Below, piece after piece: positions 54,858 to 63,632 of a stretch of 64,000 bases of DNA. The position numbers were made by a program, and so were the translations under genes. The notes under the pieces are model-generated. The model did not search any database. It was not told where the DNA came from and was given only the letters and a program-made list of their open reading frames with translations. The stretch's first letter is position 1. The number at the start of each line of letters is the position of its first letter. This stretch comes from an uncultured Alphaproteobacteria bacterium (lineage in GTDB: Bacteria > Pseudomonadota > Alphaproteobacteria > Rhodobacterales > Rhodobacteraceae), in contig CACAFI010000002.1 of NCBI GenBank assembly GCA_902531755.1, forward strand, positions 12,321 through 76,320. The letters are read 5' to 3'.

Positions 54858-55755
54858 TAGGTTGAGCAAAGAAATTGTATCTTCAAAAGACTCATATTTT
54901 CTAGGAGCACTATTCCTTTTTCTTGAAATAGTCGTGGGTACTTCAATTGTAGCGATTATAAAATACTTTTCGAGTGACGTTTCTCTTTCTGTTGTACTAA
55001 TGTTTAGATATTTATTCTGCCTACCTATATTGTTACTTGTGGGGCTGAAAATTGGTGGAATAGAGTACTTTAAAATAAAAAACAAAAAAATAATGTCTCT
55101 CCGAAGTATCGCAGGTTTACTAGGATTACTTTTTTGGTATCTATCTGTAATTCATTTAGACATAAGCAAAGCATTAGCTCTATCACAAGTAATGCCAATT
55201 TTTATTTGTATCCTTTCAATTTTTTTTCTTGGCGAAAAAGTTGGTGTGTTTAGATGGGCAGCTGTATTGCTGGGCTTATCGGGTGCAGTGGTAATAATTA
55301 ATCCAGACTCTCAAAATTGGTATAATATAGGTCTTCTTTATATTTTTTTTGGAACTCTTTTTGCGTCAATCATGTTTGTTGCACTAAGGAAGCTGGGTAT
55401 GACTGAAAACCCTATTGCGACAGCGTTTTGGTACAACTTATTTGGTTCAACCATATTCAGCATATATTGTATAGCAGCACTTACACTCGATGATCTCTCA
55501 CCTGAGATATGGACTATGCTGATTATTATTGGAGTAATGGCGAGCGCTCAGCAAATATTTATGGCTCTAAGCCATACCTATGCGTCAGCTTCCTCTCTTG
55601 CTCCTGTACATTATACTACGATTCCAATAGGGATACTTATTGGCTTATTAGTATTCAATGAAAAAATCGAGTTGAACTTTTTGATTGGCACTTTGTTTAT
55701 AGTTAGCTCTACTCTATTTATTTTCTATAGAGAAAGGAAAAAATCTACTGATTAG
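54841..55755 (+). CDS. DMT superfamily (EamA-like) transporter
   Basis: ~10 predicted TM helices with duplicated EamA halves. The TTG start overlaps the P450 by 17 nt; alternative starts are at 54847 and 54862. Confidence 0.75.
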   Translation: MNVRGNRLSKEIVSSKDSYFLGALFLFLEIVVGTSIVAIIKYFSSDVSLSVVLMFRYLFCLPILLLVGLKIGGIEYFKIKNKKIMSLRSIAGLLGLLFWYLSVIHLDISKALALSQVMPIFICILSIFFLGEKVGVFRWAAVLLGLSGAVVIINPDSQNWYNIGLLYIFFGTLFASIMFVALRKLGMTENPIATAFWYNLFGSTIFSIYCIAALTLDDLSPEIWTMLIIIGVMASAQQIFMALSHTYASASSLAPVHYTTIPIGILIGLLVFNEKIELNFLIGTLFIVSSTLFIFYRERKKSTD

Positions 55756-56596
55756 AAGACCTGTCTTTAGACCAGTCATAAGTTCCATCATCTCGCTCTT
55801 TGACCGCTTTTTTCCAACCATATTCTTCGGACATTTTTTTAAAATTTAATCCTTCACGAGAATGCCTAGAGATTCCATCAAAAAAAGTGGCAAATTTTTG
55901 ACTATTGAGTAATCCGGAAGACTCAATAGCCTGATTTATTAAAATTTTCTGCATAGCTAATTGGTTAAGAGGAACATTAGTCATGCGCATTGCGAAGCTG
56001 TCAACTTCATCATCAAGCTTTTCTTTTGAAACGGCTTTTAGTACCAGACCAAGTTTTTCTGCCTCAAAACCGGAAATTTTATCCCCAGTAAACAGCATTC
56101 TCTTAGCTTTTTCAGGACCAAGTCGATACATCCACATTGCGGTGGTCGGAGTACCCCAAACTCTGGTTGGCATATAACCTATTTTTGCATTATTTTCCAT
56201 AAAAATGAAATCACTGCAAAGAGCAATATCGGATCCTCCTGCTAAAGCGCCTATACCATGGATTTTACATATCACGGGTTTCAAACAATTAAATAATGAC
56301 ATAAAATGTTCGTTGTTTTCCCACATAAACCTGTAATCCTTTATAGGATCCCAAGGCATCTTTTGCGTTAAGGGATTGTCTTTCTCTTGAGCAAAAGCGT
56401 TCAAATCGTACCCCGCACAGAAGGCATCTCCTCTGCCAGCAAGAATTATCACGTGAACTTCGTCGTTTTCACCAACCTCCTTAACAGCTCTGGATAAAAG
56501 AGAGGGAAGCTCGGTATCTATTGCATTTAATACTTTAGGTCTGTTTAGGTATATACGCGCTATCTTACCATCTATTTCCAATTCAACTTTACTCAA
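55745..56596 (-). CDS. Enoyl-CoA hydratase/isomerase (crotonase) family protein
   Basis: IARIYLNRPKVLNAID, AFCAGYDL oxyanion-hole region and GIGALAGGSDIALCSD. TTG start. Confidence 0.85.
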   Translation of the reverse strand: MSKVELEIDGKIARIYLNRPKVLNAIDTELPSLLSRAVKEVGENDEVHVIILAGRGDAFCAGYDLNAFAQEKDNPLTQKMPWDPIKDYRFMWENNEHFMSLFNCLKPVICKIHGIGALAGGSDIALCSDFIFMENNAKIGYMPTRVWGTPTTAMWMYRLGPEKAKRMLFTGDKISGFEAEKLGLVLKAVSKEKLDDEVDSFAMRMTNVPLNQLAMQKILINQAIESSGLLNSQKFATFFDGISRHSREGLNFKKMSEEYGWKKAVKERDDGTYDWSKDRSSNQ

Positions 56597-56616
56597 TTAT
56601 TTAACTCAGTAAATAT

Positions 56617-56690
56617 TGGAGCGGGTGATGGGAATCGAACCCACGTATTCAGCTTGGAAGGCTGCTGCTCTACCATTGAGCTACACCCGC
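56617..56690 (-). tRNA. tRNA-Gly (TCC)
   Basis: Reverse complement is GCGGGTGTAGCTCAATGGTAGAGCAGCAGCCTTCCAAGCTGAATACGTGGGTTCGATTCCCATCACCCGCTCCA. The anticodon loop is CTTCCAA. Confidence 0.95.
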
Positions 56691-56695
56691 GTTAG

Positions 56696-57355
56696 TTAAA
56701 ACTTATACAGAATGCCCGCATAAGTCGTGTTACCCTTTAAAACAACGGCTGTACCGGCTGCATTTTTGGTTTCTGCCGATTTATATCCAAGGTTCAGACC
56801 TAAGTTTGATGTTAGATCATATACAAATCTTGCATCCATTGTAGTAGCTTTTTGTTTTCTATCCTCGGTCTTATAGCTAAGTATCAAACTACTTCCCTGT
56901 GTAACATCTAATTTTACTTTTGTTCCATAGGTATAAAATTTTCCGTAATTATTTATATCACTTCCTGCATACACCTTTATACCCAAGGAAGACGTGTAAA
57001 GATTGTAAGAAACTCCTAGTGAAGTATCGGTTTCTTGCACGGTTGCAAGTTTGATTTGTGACCCTATTAAGTCAACACCAATATTAGGAAAGACCATATA
57101 TGTTATAGATCCTTCACTATTATTTAAAACTACATCATCAAATTTTCCGTCGCTAATACTTAAATTATAATTTAGAGATGGAGACAATTGACCATCTAGA
57201 TTGATGACTCCTCCGTCACCAGTATATTTGGTTCCTGAAATATCATAATTGAAAGAGCCATAGGATAATCCTACGCTAACACTGGTTTGTGAAAATGCTG
57301 TCGTCGTACCTAATAAAAATAAGATTAAAGTGAATAAAGGGTTTAATTTTCTCAT
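56696..57355 (-). CDS. Outer-membrane beta-barrel protein
   Basis: Signal peptide MRKLNPLFTLILFLLGTTTAFSQ, alternating beta-strand pattern, C-terminal aromatic signature GILYKF. ATG at 57355 lies 6 nt after GGAG; the track ORF begins 9 codons earlier. Confidence 0.75.
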   Translation of the reverse strand: MRKLNPLFTLILFLLGTTTAFSQTSVSVGLSYGSFNYDISGTKYTGDGGVINLDGQLSPSLNYNLSISDGKFDDVVLNNSEGSITYMVFPNIGVDLIGSQIKLATVQETDTSLGVSYNLYTSSLGIKVYAGSDINNYGKFYTYGTKVKLDVTQGSSLILSYKTEDRKQKATTMDARFVYDLTSNLGLNLGYKSAETKNAAGTAVVLKGNTTYAGILYKF

Positions 57356-57406
57356 AATGATCTCCGAGCTATCTATAAACATTCATATTAAAATTATAGT
57401 GTAACA

Positions 57407-58078
57407 TCAAGGTTTATCTTCATAAATACTGATTAAGTCTGCAAAGGTTTCTATTTTTAATGCAGCACTCTCGCCCCTTGCTAATTTATAAATACTGCCA
57501 TGGCCATATTCACAAAAAATAAAATCAACATTAGCATTTTTAGCTGCTTCTGCGTCCGTATTCGTATCTCCTACAAAAAAAACATCTTCAGGCTTTTTAT
57601 CCAGTCTATAAATTGCTTCTAAAAGAGGCATGGGATCTGGTTTGGCAATTCCGATAGTATCTGATCCAATGAAAGAACTTTTGAAGAAATCAATTAACCC
57701 TAATCTTTTCAATAGTTCTCGCGCATGTTTTTCTGGTTTGTTCGTGCAAAGCCCTAGTTTAACGCCCATTGATTGTAGTTCTATAAGAGTGTCGACAACA
57801 CCTACATAAATACTAGATTTATTGTCTAGTACTTTATCATAATTGCTAAGATATAAATTATAATAATCCTTAAGCAATTTATCGTTAAAATCAATACCCT
57901 CTTCTTGTAGTCCATAGCGTAATATTGCTCTTCCACCTTGAATTGCGGTTTGTAAGCCAACAAAGCCTTCAAGCCTTGTTGTCCAGCCCTGATTTTCAAA
58001 TACTAAATTTCCAGCATCAAGCATATCATGCTTTGTGTCTACCAGCGTCCCATCAAGATCAAATACTAAGGCTTTAAT
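57407..58078 (-). CDS. gph: HAD-IA phosphatase, phosphoglycolate phosphatase-like; probable non-canonical ATT start
   Basis: Motif II LGLCTNKPE and motif IV VGDTNTDAEAAKNA lie in the track ORF (57407..58024). Catalytic motif I (VFDLDGTLVDT) is in frame upstream of the first ATG. It is bounded by an in-frame TAA at 58088..58090, with ATT at 58078 lying 6 nt after AAGGA. Confidence 0.7.
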   Translation of the reverse strand: MKALVFDLDGTLVDTKHDMLDAGNLVFENQGWTTRLEGFVGLQTAIQGGRAILRYGLQEEGIDFNDKLLKDYYNLYLSNYDKVLDNKSSIYVGVVDTLIELQSMGVKLGLCTNKPEKHARELLKRLGLIDFFKSSFIGSDTIGIAKPDPMPLLEAIYRLDKKPEDVFFVGDTNTDAEAAKNANVDFIFCEYGHGSIYKLARGESAALKIETFADLISIYEDKP

Positions 58079-58139
58079 AACTTTTCCTTACATAATTAGA
58101 TTAAATGAAATAAGTTAAAGTGATGTTTAAACCATAAAG

Positions 58140-59492
58140 ATGTTAATGACTGTTTCAACTATAATTTTAGCAGCTGGCAAGGGCACTAGGATGAAAAGCC
58201 CCAGGCCAAAGATTCTTCACAAGATTGCCGGCAAGTACCTCATAGGCTTTTGTGTAGAGTTAGCCAAGAGAATTAAGTCCAAAGAGACCATTGTGGTTGT
58301 TGGCGAAGAACACAAAAAAGTTACTAAAAATGCTCTATCAGATAATGGGATAAAATTCTGTTTGCAAAAAAATCAACTCGGTACTGGAGATGCTGTCAAA
58401 ATAGCTATCAAAAATATGAGGATTAGATCGAAGTATATCCTTGTTCTATATGGAGATACTCCGTTTATTAAAACTAGCACAATTAAAAAAATGATATCAA
58501 AAGCTGAAAATGGTTTTGAACTTGTTTTCCTTGGTTTTCGATCACACACAAAAAATAGTTACGGAAAATTTAGACTTGGGCCCAAAGGTGCACTCTTAGA
58601 TATAATTGAAAAAAATAAGCCTGAGTATAGCTCCTCTGATTGTTTATCAAACTCTGGTATTCTTTTAGCTCAATCAAACATAATAGCTGATCTAATACAA
58701 AAAATAAAAAACGTTAATGCTAAGCAAGAGTATTATTTAACCGATATTGTGAAAATCGCAGCTGAACAAGGGTACACATCAACGTACGTTCGGTGTGAAG
58801 AGGATGAATGCATCGGGGTAAATTCTCAGCTGGAATTGTCGGTTGCGGAAAGAAAGTTTCAAGATAATTTCAGAAAAAAGCTGTTGGCATCCGGCGTGTC
58901 TATGCCATCTCCCGAAACCTGTTTCTTTTCATATGATACAATAATCAAAAGGGGATGCGTTATAGAGCCTTATGTCGTTTTCGGTACAGGTGTAAAAATT
59001 CAAAAATCTACTATCATAAGGTCTTACAGCTACATAGAGGGCACTCATATTGGACAGCGTTGCCAAATTGGTCCATTTGCTCGACTCCGGCCAGATACTC
59101 ATCTTTCAGACGAGGTGAAAGTGGGGAACTTTGTTGAGGTTAAAAATGCCACTTTAAATTCTGAAACTAAAGCTAATCATTTATCATACATAGGAGACGC
59201 AAAAGTTGGTACGAACACAAATATTGGCGCTGGAACTATTTTTTGTAACTATGATGGAAAAAATAAACATAGTACCGTTGTAGGTGATAATGTTTTTGTC
59301 GGTTCGAACACATCTCTTATTGCACCTTTGAAAATTGGTGATGCCTCAATAGTGGCGGCGGGATCTGCTATTAATAGAGATGTGCCAATTGAAAGCTTAG
59401 CAATAGCAAGACCTATACAGCAGAATAAAATTGGCTTAGGCAAAAAAATTATGCTTAAACTTCAGAAAGTTGCTGATAAAATGAAAACATGA
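58140..59492 (+). CDS. glmU: Bifunctional GlcNAc-1-phosphate uridyltransferase / glucosamine-1-phosphate acetyltransferase
   Basis: IILAAGKGTRMKS N-terminus and C-terminal hexapeptide-repeat domain. Size is 450 aa. Confidence 0.9.
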   Translation: MLMTVSTIILAAGKGTRMKSPRPKILHKIAGKYLIGFCVELAKRIKSKETIVVVGEEHKKVTKNALSDNGIKFCLQKNQLGTGDAVKIAIKNMRIRSKYILVLYGDTPFIKTSTIKKMISKAENGFELVFLGFRSHTKNSYGKFRLGPKGALLDIIEKNKPEYSSSDCLSNSGILLAQSNIIADLIQKIKNVNAKQEYYLTDIVKIAAEQGYTSTYVRCEEDECIGVNSQLELSVAERKFQDNFRKKLLASGVSMPSPETCFFSYDTIIKRGCVIEPYVVFGTGVKIQKSTIIRSYSYIEGTHIGQRCQIGPFARLRPDTHLSDEVKVGNFVEVKNATLNSETKANHLSYIGDAKVGTNTNIGAGTIFCNYDGKNKHSTVVGDNVFVGSNTSLIAPLKIGDASIVAAGSAINRDVPIESLAIARPIQQNKIGLGKKIMLKLQKVADKMKT

Positions 59493-60526
59493 CTAATCAA
59501 TTGAATAAATTATTCGAAAAAAGTAGCCTTGTCGACCCCTTTAACAGACATATAACTTATTTGAGATTATCGGTAACAGATCGGTGTGACTTGAGATGCA
59601 CCTATTGCATGCCCGAAAAGATGTCTTTTTTGAATAAAAAAGAAGTTCTTACTTTTGAGGAGATGTATAAGCTCTGCAGTGGATTTATACAGCTAGGTAT
59701 TAAAAAAATAAGAATAACGGGTGGAGAACCATTGGTCCGAAAAGGTATAATGGATTTCTTTGAAATGCTAAAGCCATATTTATCTTCGCATCTGGAAGAG
59801 CTGACTCTGACTACAAATGGCACACAATTGCATAAATATGCTGACCAACTTTATGCTAATGGGATTAGACGCATAAATGTATCTCTTGATACTCTAGACC
59901 CAAAAAAGTTCAAACAAATTACGAGGATTGGTAATCTCCAGGACGTTTTATTTGGGATTGAAGCAGCAAAAAATGCAAATCTAAAAATCAAAATTAATTT
60001 TGTTGCTTTAAAAAATATCAATGATGATGAAATAGACGACTTCATTAATTGGTGTATTAAAAAAGGTTTTGATCTTACGTTCATTGAAACTATGCCTATG
60101 GGAGATATTGGTAATGAGAATCGGCTGAGTCATTTTTTATCTCTAAATGAACTAAAAAAAGATATTTCGTCAAAATTTGAACTGGAAGATATTTCATTTT
60201 CTTCAGGAGGTCCCGCAAAATATAGTAAAATAAAAGGTAGCAACATTAAACTGGGTTTTATAACCCCTTTATCACATAACTTCTGTTCTAGTTGTAATCG
60301 AATAAGGGTCGATGCAACGGGTGTATTGCATCAATGTCTTGGTCAAAGCAACAATTTAGATTTTCGAAAAATACTTCGAGACCCAGATTCAACTGAAACT
60401 GATCTTATTGAAAACATCCGAAAATCAATAAAACAAAAACCAGAAAAACACTCCTTTTCCTATGACTTCTCAAATGAGCATATTGAAGGCAAGATGGATA
60501 GGCATATGAGCTTAACTGGAGGGTAA
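59489..60526 (+). CDS. moaA: GTP 3',8-cyclase (molybdenum cofactor biosynthesis radical SAM enzyme)
   Basis: LRLSVTDRCDLRCTYCMP radical-SAM cluster motif, C-terminal CSSCNRIRVDATG second cluster, terminal LTGG. ATGA overlap with glmU. Confidence 0.9.
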   Translation: MTNQLNKLFEKSSLVDPFNRHITYLRLSVTDRCDLRCTYCMPEKMSFLNKKEVLTFEEMYKLCSGFIQLGIKKIRITGGEPLVRKGIMDFFEMLKPYLSSHLEELTLTTNGTQLHKYADQLYANGIRRINVSLDTLDPKKFKQITRIGNLQDVLFGIEAAKNANLKIKINFVALKNINDDEIDDFINWCIKKGFDLTFIETMPMGDIGNENRLSHFLSLNELKKDISSKFELEDISFSSGGPAKYSKIKGSNIKLGFITPLSHNFCSSCNRIRVDATGVLHQCLGQSNNLDFRKILRDPDSTETDLIENIRKSIKQKPEKHSFSYDFSNEHIEGKMDRHMSLTGG

Positions 60527-60616
60527 CATCTAATTCTAAAATTGCATATTACACATTTGACAAAAATAGCTTGCACTTTTTTGTGTTAAGTTTAAAAGAC
60601 AGGGGCGAGATTATTC

Positions 60617-60693
60617 GGCGGAGTAGCTCAGGCGGTTAGAGCAGAGGAATCATAATCCTTGTGTCGGGGGTTCAAGTCCCTCCTCCGCTACCA
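60617..60693 (+). tRNA. tRNA with CAT anticodon (elongator tRNA-Met, or lysidine-modified tRNA-Ile2)
   Basis: GGCGGAGTAGCTCAGGCGGTTAGAGCAGAGGAATCATAATCCTTGTGTCGGGGGTTCAAGTCCCTCCTCCGCTACCA. The cloverleaf folds with anticodon loop ATCATAA. Met versus Ile2 identity cannot be decided by eye. Confidence 0.9.
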
Positions 60694-60914
60694 AGATCGG
60701 GAATGTTGGGTATTGTCGATTGCCAACCAGACAAGTGTTTTAAGGGGTCTCAGAAGTTCTTGTAGGTTTTGTAGGGTGCAGAGGTGGCAACGAATAGCAG
60801 AGAATCTGCTTTAAAACAGAGATCTCTGTTTTTGCAGAGTGTCAATTTTGTGGGTTTTTTCTACTATTGAAAGCGGATTGTCGAAAATAGCTCTAAATAT
60901 CTTGGCTCGAAACT

Positions 60915-61217
60915 TTAATAATTATTTACATCATCATCAGTAGTAGAAGCCTTTTTCCAAAATCTAACCAAGAGAAAAGATATTAACAATCCTAATAATG
61001 CCCAGAGCAACAAAATTTCGTACCATTTATCAAAGAAAAGAATGGATGGAAGAAACATATTCTTAAGAGCAAAAACGTAGCTACTTGTAACAAAACTACT
61101 CAAACCAAGTGGCAAGAAAAAAATAGCACTACCATCGAGTAATTCTAAAATCAAAAAAGCTATTCCAACAATTATCCAAGTTTGAAAAACAAAGATAAAT
61201 ATTAACAGGTAATCCAT
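60915..61217 (-). CDS. NfeD-like membrane protein
   Basis: Three hydrophobic helices, immediately downstream of an SPFH/band-7 gene (the classic NfeD-SPFH pairing). ATG at 61217 was chosen over the track start at 61250, which would overlap the SPFH gene. Confidence 0.6.
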   Translation of the reverse strand: MDYLLIFIFVFQTWIIVGIAFLILELLDGSAIFFLPLGLSSFVTSSYVFALKNMFLPSILFFDKWYEILLLWALLGLLISFLLVRFWKKASTTDDDVNNY

Positions 61218-61221
61218 CTCT

Positions 61222-62136
61222 TCATTTTTTCTCTTTTGGTAGCGTCTCAATCAAAGCCGAAAAGGCGCTGAATATTCCGCTAATATCGGAAGGCAAAACT
61301 AAGGTTTTTGTGTTTTGAGAAGCAGTAAGCTGCCCTATGGCATCAACTTGCCTTTTTGCTATTTCGAAATCAATGGCTGGTTTTCCATTATCTTTTATTG
61401 CTTTTGCAAGTAAAGCAGTTTGCTTTGCGTCAGCTGCGGCTTTTACCTCAATTGAATATGCTTCAGCCTCAGCAGCAACCTTTACTCCCTCTGCCTCCTT
61501 CTTTGCTTTATAAAATTCTGCATCTGCCTTTAATTGAATTGATTGTTTCTGACCTTCTGCTTCTGCAACTGTTGCTCTTCGGTTTCTCTCAGCATTCAAT
61601 TGCTGTCGCTGGGCATCCTTTGTTGCATCATCAACGATTACATCAGTGATTGACGTTCTAGTGATCTCGATGCCCCAAACTTCTGCCGAAGGGGAAAGGC
61701 TTCTAGCAATTTCTGCGTTCATTTGGTCTCGGCTTGATTGCAATTCGTCAAGTTCGAGCTTTCCTGCTGCGGACCTCACTACAGACGATGTTTCAGTATT
61801 TAGGGCCTGATCAATATTTGAAATTCTGTAGACGGACCTGGAAGCATCTATGACTCTGTAAAAAACACTAGTTTCTAGCTCTACTTCAACATTGTCCTTG
61901 GTTATTACAGAAATTTTCTGAGCTTCAAGTTGCCTTTCCAAGATATCAATCCTGTGGGCAACTTTATCGAGATAGGGCACAATAATTGATAGACCAGCAT
62001 TTAAAGTTCTGTAGTATTTTCCAAACCTTTCGACAACAAATACCTTCGATTGAGGTACCACTTTTACACCGAGATATATTGTTAAGATTATTAGAGCTAT
62101 AACAATCAGCGTTGTGATTGAGCCAATATTTTCCAT
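61222..62136 (-). CDS. SPFH domain / band 7 (stomatin-prohibitin-like) family protein
   Basis: N-terminal TM anchor, SPFH core (VVERFGKYYRTLNAGLSIIVPYLDKV...) and an Ala/Glu/Lys-rich coiled-coil C-terminus. Confidence 0.85.
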   Translation of the reverse strand: MENIGSITTLIVIALIILTIYLGVKVVPQSKVFVVERFGKYYRTLNAGLSIIVPYLDKVAHRIDILERQLEAQKISVITKDNVEVELETSVFYRVIDASRSVYRISNIDQALNTETSSVVRSAAGKLELDELQSSRDQMNAEIARSLSPSAEVWGIEITRTSITDVIVDDATKDAQRQQLNAERNRRATVAEAEGQKQSIQLKADAEFYKAKKEAEGVKVAAEAEAYSIEVKAAADAKQTALLAKAIKDNGKPAIDFEIAKRQVDAIGQLTASQNTKTLVLPSDISGIFSAFSALIETLPKEKK

Positions 62137-62621
62137 AATTCCACCTCTATACTTTCAGAACCTTATAAGTTCGTTCATCCGATATTAAATTATATCATCT
62201 TAGAGCTTATTTCAATAACTGGCATGAAACCTCTTAATAAAGGCGTAATAAAACTAAGAAATCAGCAGTTATCTCTATTGTTACTTTTTTCCCTATTGGG
62301 GATTGAAAAACAGAGTTATAACAGAGCTATGCATAAAAGTTATTGATTCAAATTCCTTATTTTTATACCACTGAGTACCTCCGCTACCAATAATTGTAGA
62401 TATCATATTTAATTTAATCAACTTACTAGTGAGTAATAGTACGCATATATTTATAAACAAAAGCTTAAACGTTGTCACGAAATCGTTGGAAATATTGACA
62501 AAGAATAAAGACGAGAGAAATTAGCTGTATTTATTTATTTCCCAAAACTTAGACCAGTTTTTTGAAATAAGTGAAAAAATGGTTAACGAAGTTAAGAATA
62601 TAAAAGATAGGTATCCAAAAA

Positions 62622-63065
62622 TTGGAAAGAAATGGTAGCCATGACGATGTTTTCAACTCTTTAGTAAAAAAGGTAATTAGCATGAAAGAAGAAGAAATTA
62701 TTGTCTCCCACTTGAGAGATCAAGCTTGGAGTCAAAATAAGGATCAAAGCAAATTTCAATGGAAGTATATGGTAGACAGCACCCAAATGAAAAGCCATGG
62801 TATTTCTTGCGGATTATTAGTTTTACCAACAGGAGAAGAGCTCCCTCTTCATCAACATTCACCTCAGGAAATATATATAATTAGACGAGGTGAAGGTCTT
62901 CTCCTCTCTTCTTTAAATACAAAGAAGGTTTTCAAAGACAGTTTTGTATATATTCCTAAAAATTTTTATCACGGGTTGAAAAATACTGGCAATGAAGATT
63001 TAGAGTTATTGTGGGTTTTCCCAACTGATTGTTGGGAAGAGGTAGAATATCTATTTGAAAAATAG
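62622..63065 (+). CDS. Cupin domain protein
   Basis: Cupin motifs LPLHQHSPQEIYIIRRGEG and PKNFYHGLKNTG. TTG start at 62622; ATG at 62682 is a plausible alternative. Confidence 0.7.
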   Translation: MERNGSHDDVFNSLVKKVISMKEEEIIVSHLRDQAWSQNKDQSKFQWKYMVDSTQMKSHGISCGLLVLPTGEELPLHQHSPQEIYIIRRGEGLLLSSLNTKKVFKDSFVYIPKNFYHGLKNTGNEDLELLWVFPTDCWEEVEYLFEK

Positions 63066-63113
63066 TAAATTAAAGACATACATTGAAGTAACTAGAAACA
63101 GAGAGCAATTTTT

Positions 63114-63401
63114 ATGGTCCGTCTAATTCTTCTAATAATTTTAATTTTATTTATAGTATGGATATTACGACCATTTTTAAGAACCGGTGCCAGAAACAAA
63201 AATAAAGACACAGTAGATAGAATTCTTGGTCCTGATCAGAGCAACTTTAGGCAAAAAAATACTGTTTTAATGATAATTACTGCTGTAGCTTTATTAGGCT
63301 TAGTTGTTTGGCTTTTACCGAAATTTGGAATTAATTTCTTTGCTTTATTACAAAAGATAATCCCCATAATATCTTCTCTGCGTGGTATTTTACCCTTTTA
63401 A
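63114..63401 (+). CDS. Small membrane protein, unknown function
   Basis: Two hydrophobic helices (LILLIILILFIVWIL; MIITAVALLGLVVWLL). Size is 95 aa. Confidence 0.45.
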   Translation: MVRLILLIILILFIVWILRPFLRTGARNKNKDTVDRILGPDQSNFRQKNTVLMIITAVALLGLVVWLLPKFGINFFALLQKIIPIISSLRGILPF

Positions 63402-63419
63402 AAAACGTTCTTGGATTAA

Positions 63420-63602
63420 CTACTTTTTGGGGCTTTTATTTTCAGCTTCAACTTGATCAATTATTTTTTCTATAACTAATGAGTCGGATACCGCTTCTGA
63501 TAAGAGTAAAATAACCCTAGCGTTTAACTGATGAATTTGTTGATCATCGAGATCTTGGTAAAGATTTACAAGTCGTGAGTAGAGTTCGTCGTTTAGTGCC
63601 AT
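63420..63602 (-). CDS. DUF2783-like small protein
   Basis: 60 aa (LYSRLVNLYQDLDDQQIHQLNARVILLLSE). It sits immediately downstream of an FAD-monooxygenase C-terminus, the usual context for this family. Confidence 0.5.
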   Translation of the reverse strand: MALNDELYSRLVNLYQDLDDQQIHQLNARVILLLSEAVSDSLVIEKIIDQVEAENKSPKK

Positions 63603-63632
63603 TTAAATTTATTTTCTCCAAAACCTCAATAT

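Noticed and set aside
60694-60914. tmRNA, SRP RNA, 6S RNA or a riboswitch in the spacer after the tRNA-CAT gene
   Set aside because: I could find no diagnostic motif: no tRNA-like 3' end with a tag ORF, no SRP GGAA/AGCA loop, and no downstream regulated gene. It is kept only as an unexplained structured spacer.
62293-62478. 61-aa minus-strand ORF with one hydrophobic segment in the 485-bp spacer before the cupin gene
   Set aside because: It has a GTG start without a convincing RBS and shows no motif. It might be a small membrane protein but cannot be supported from sequence alone.
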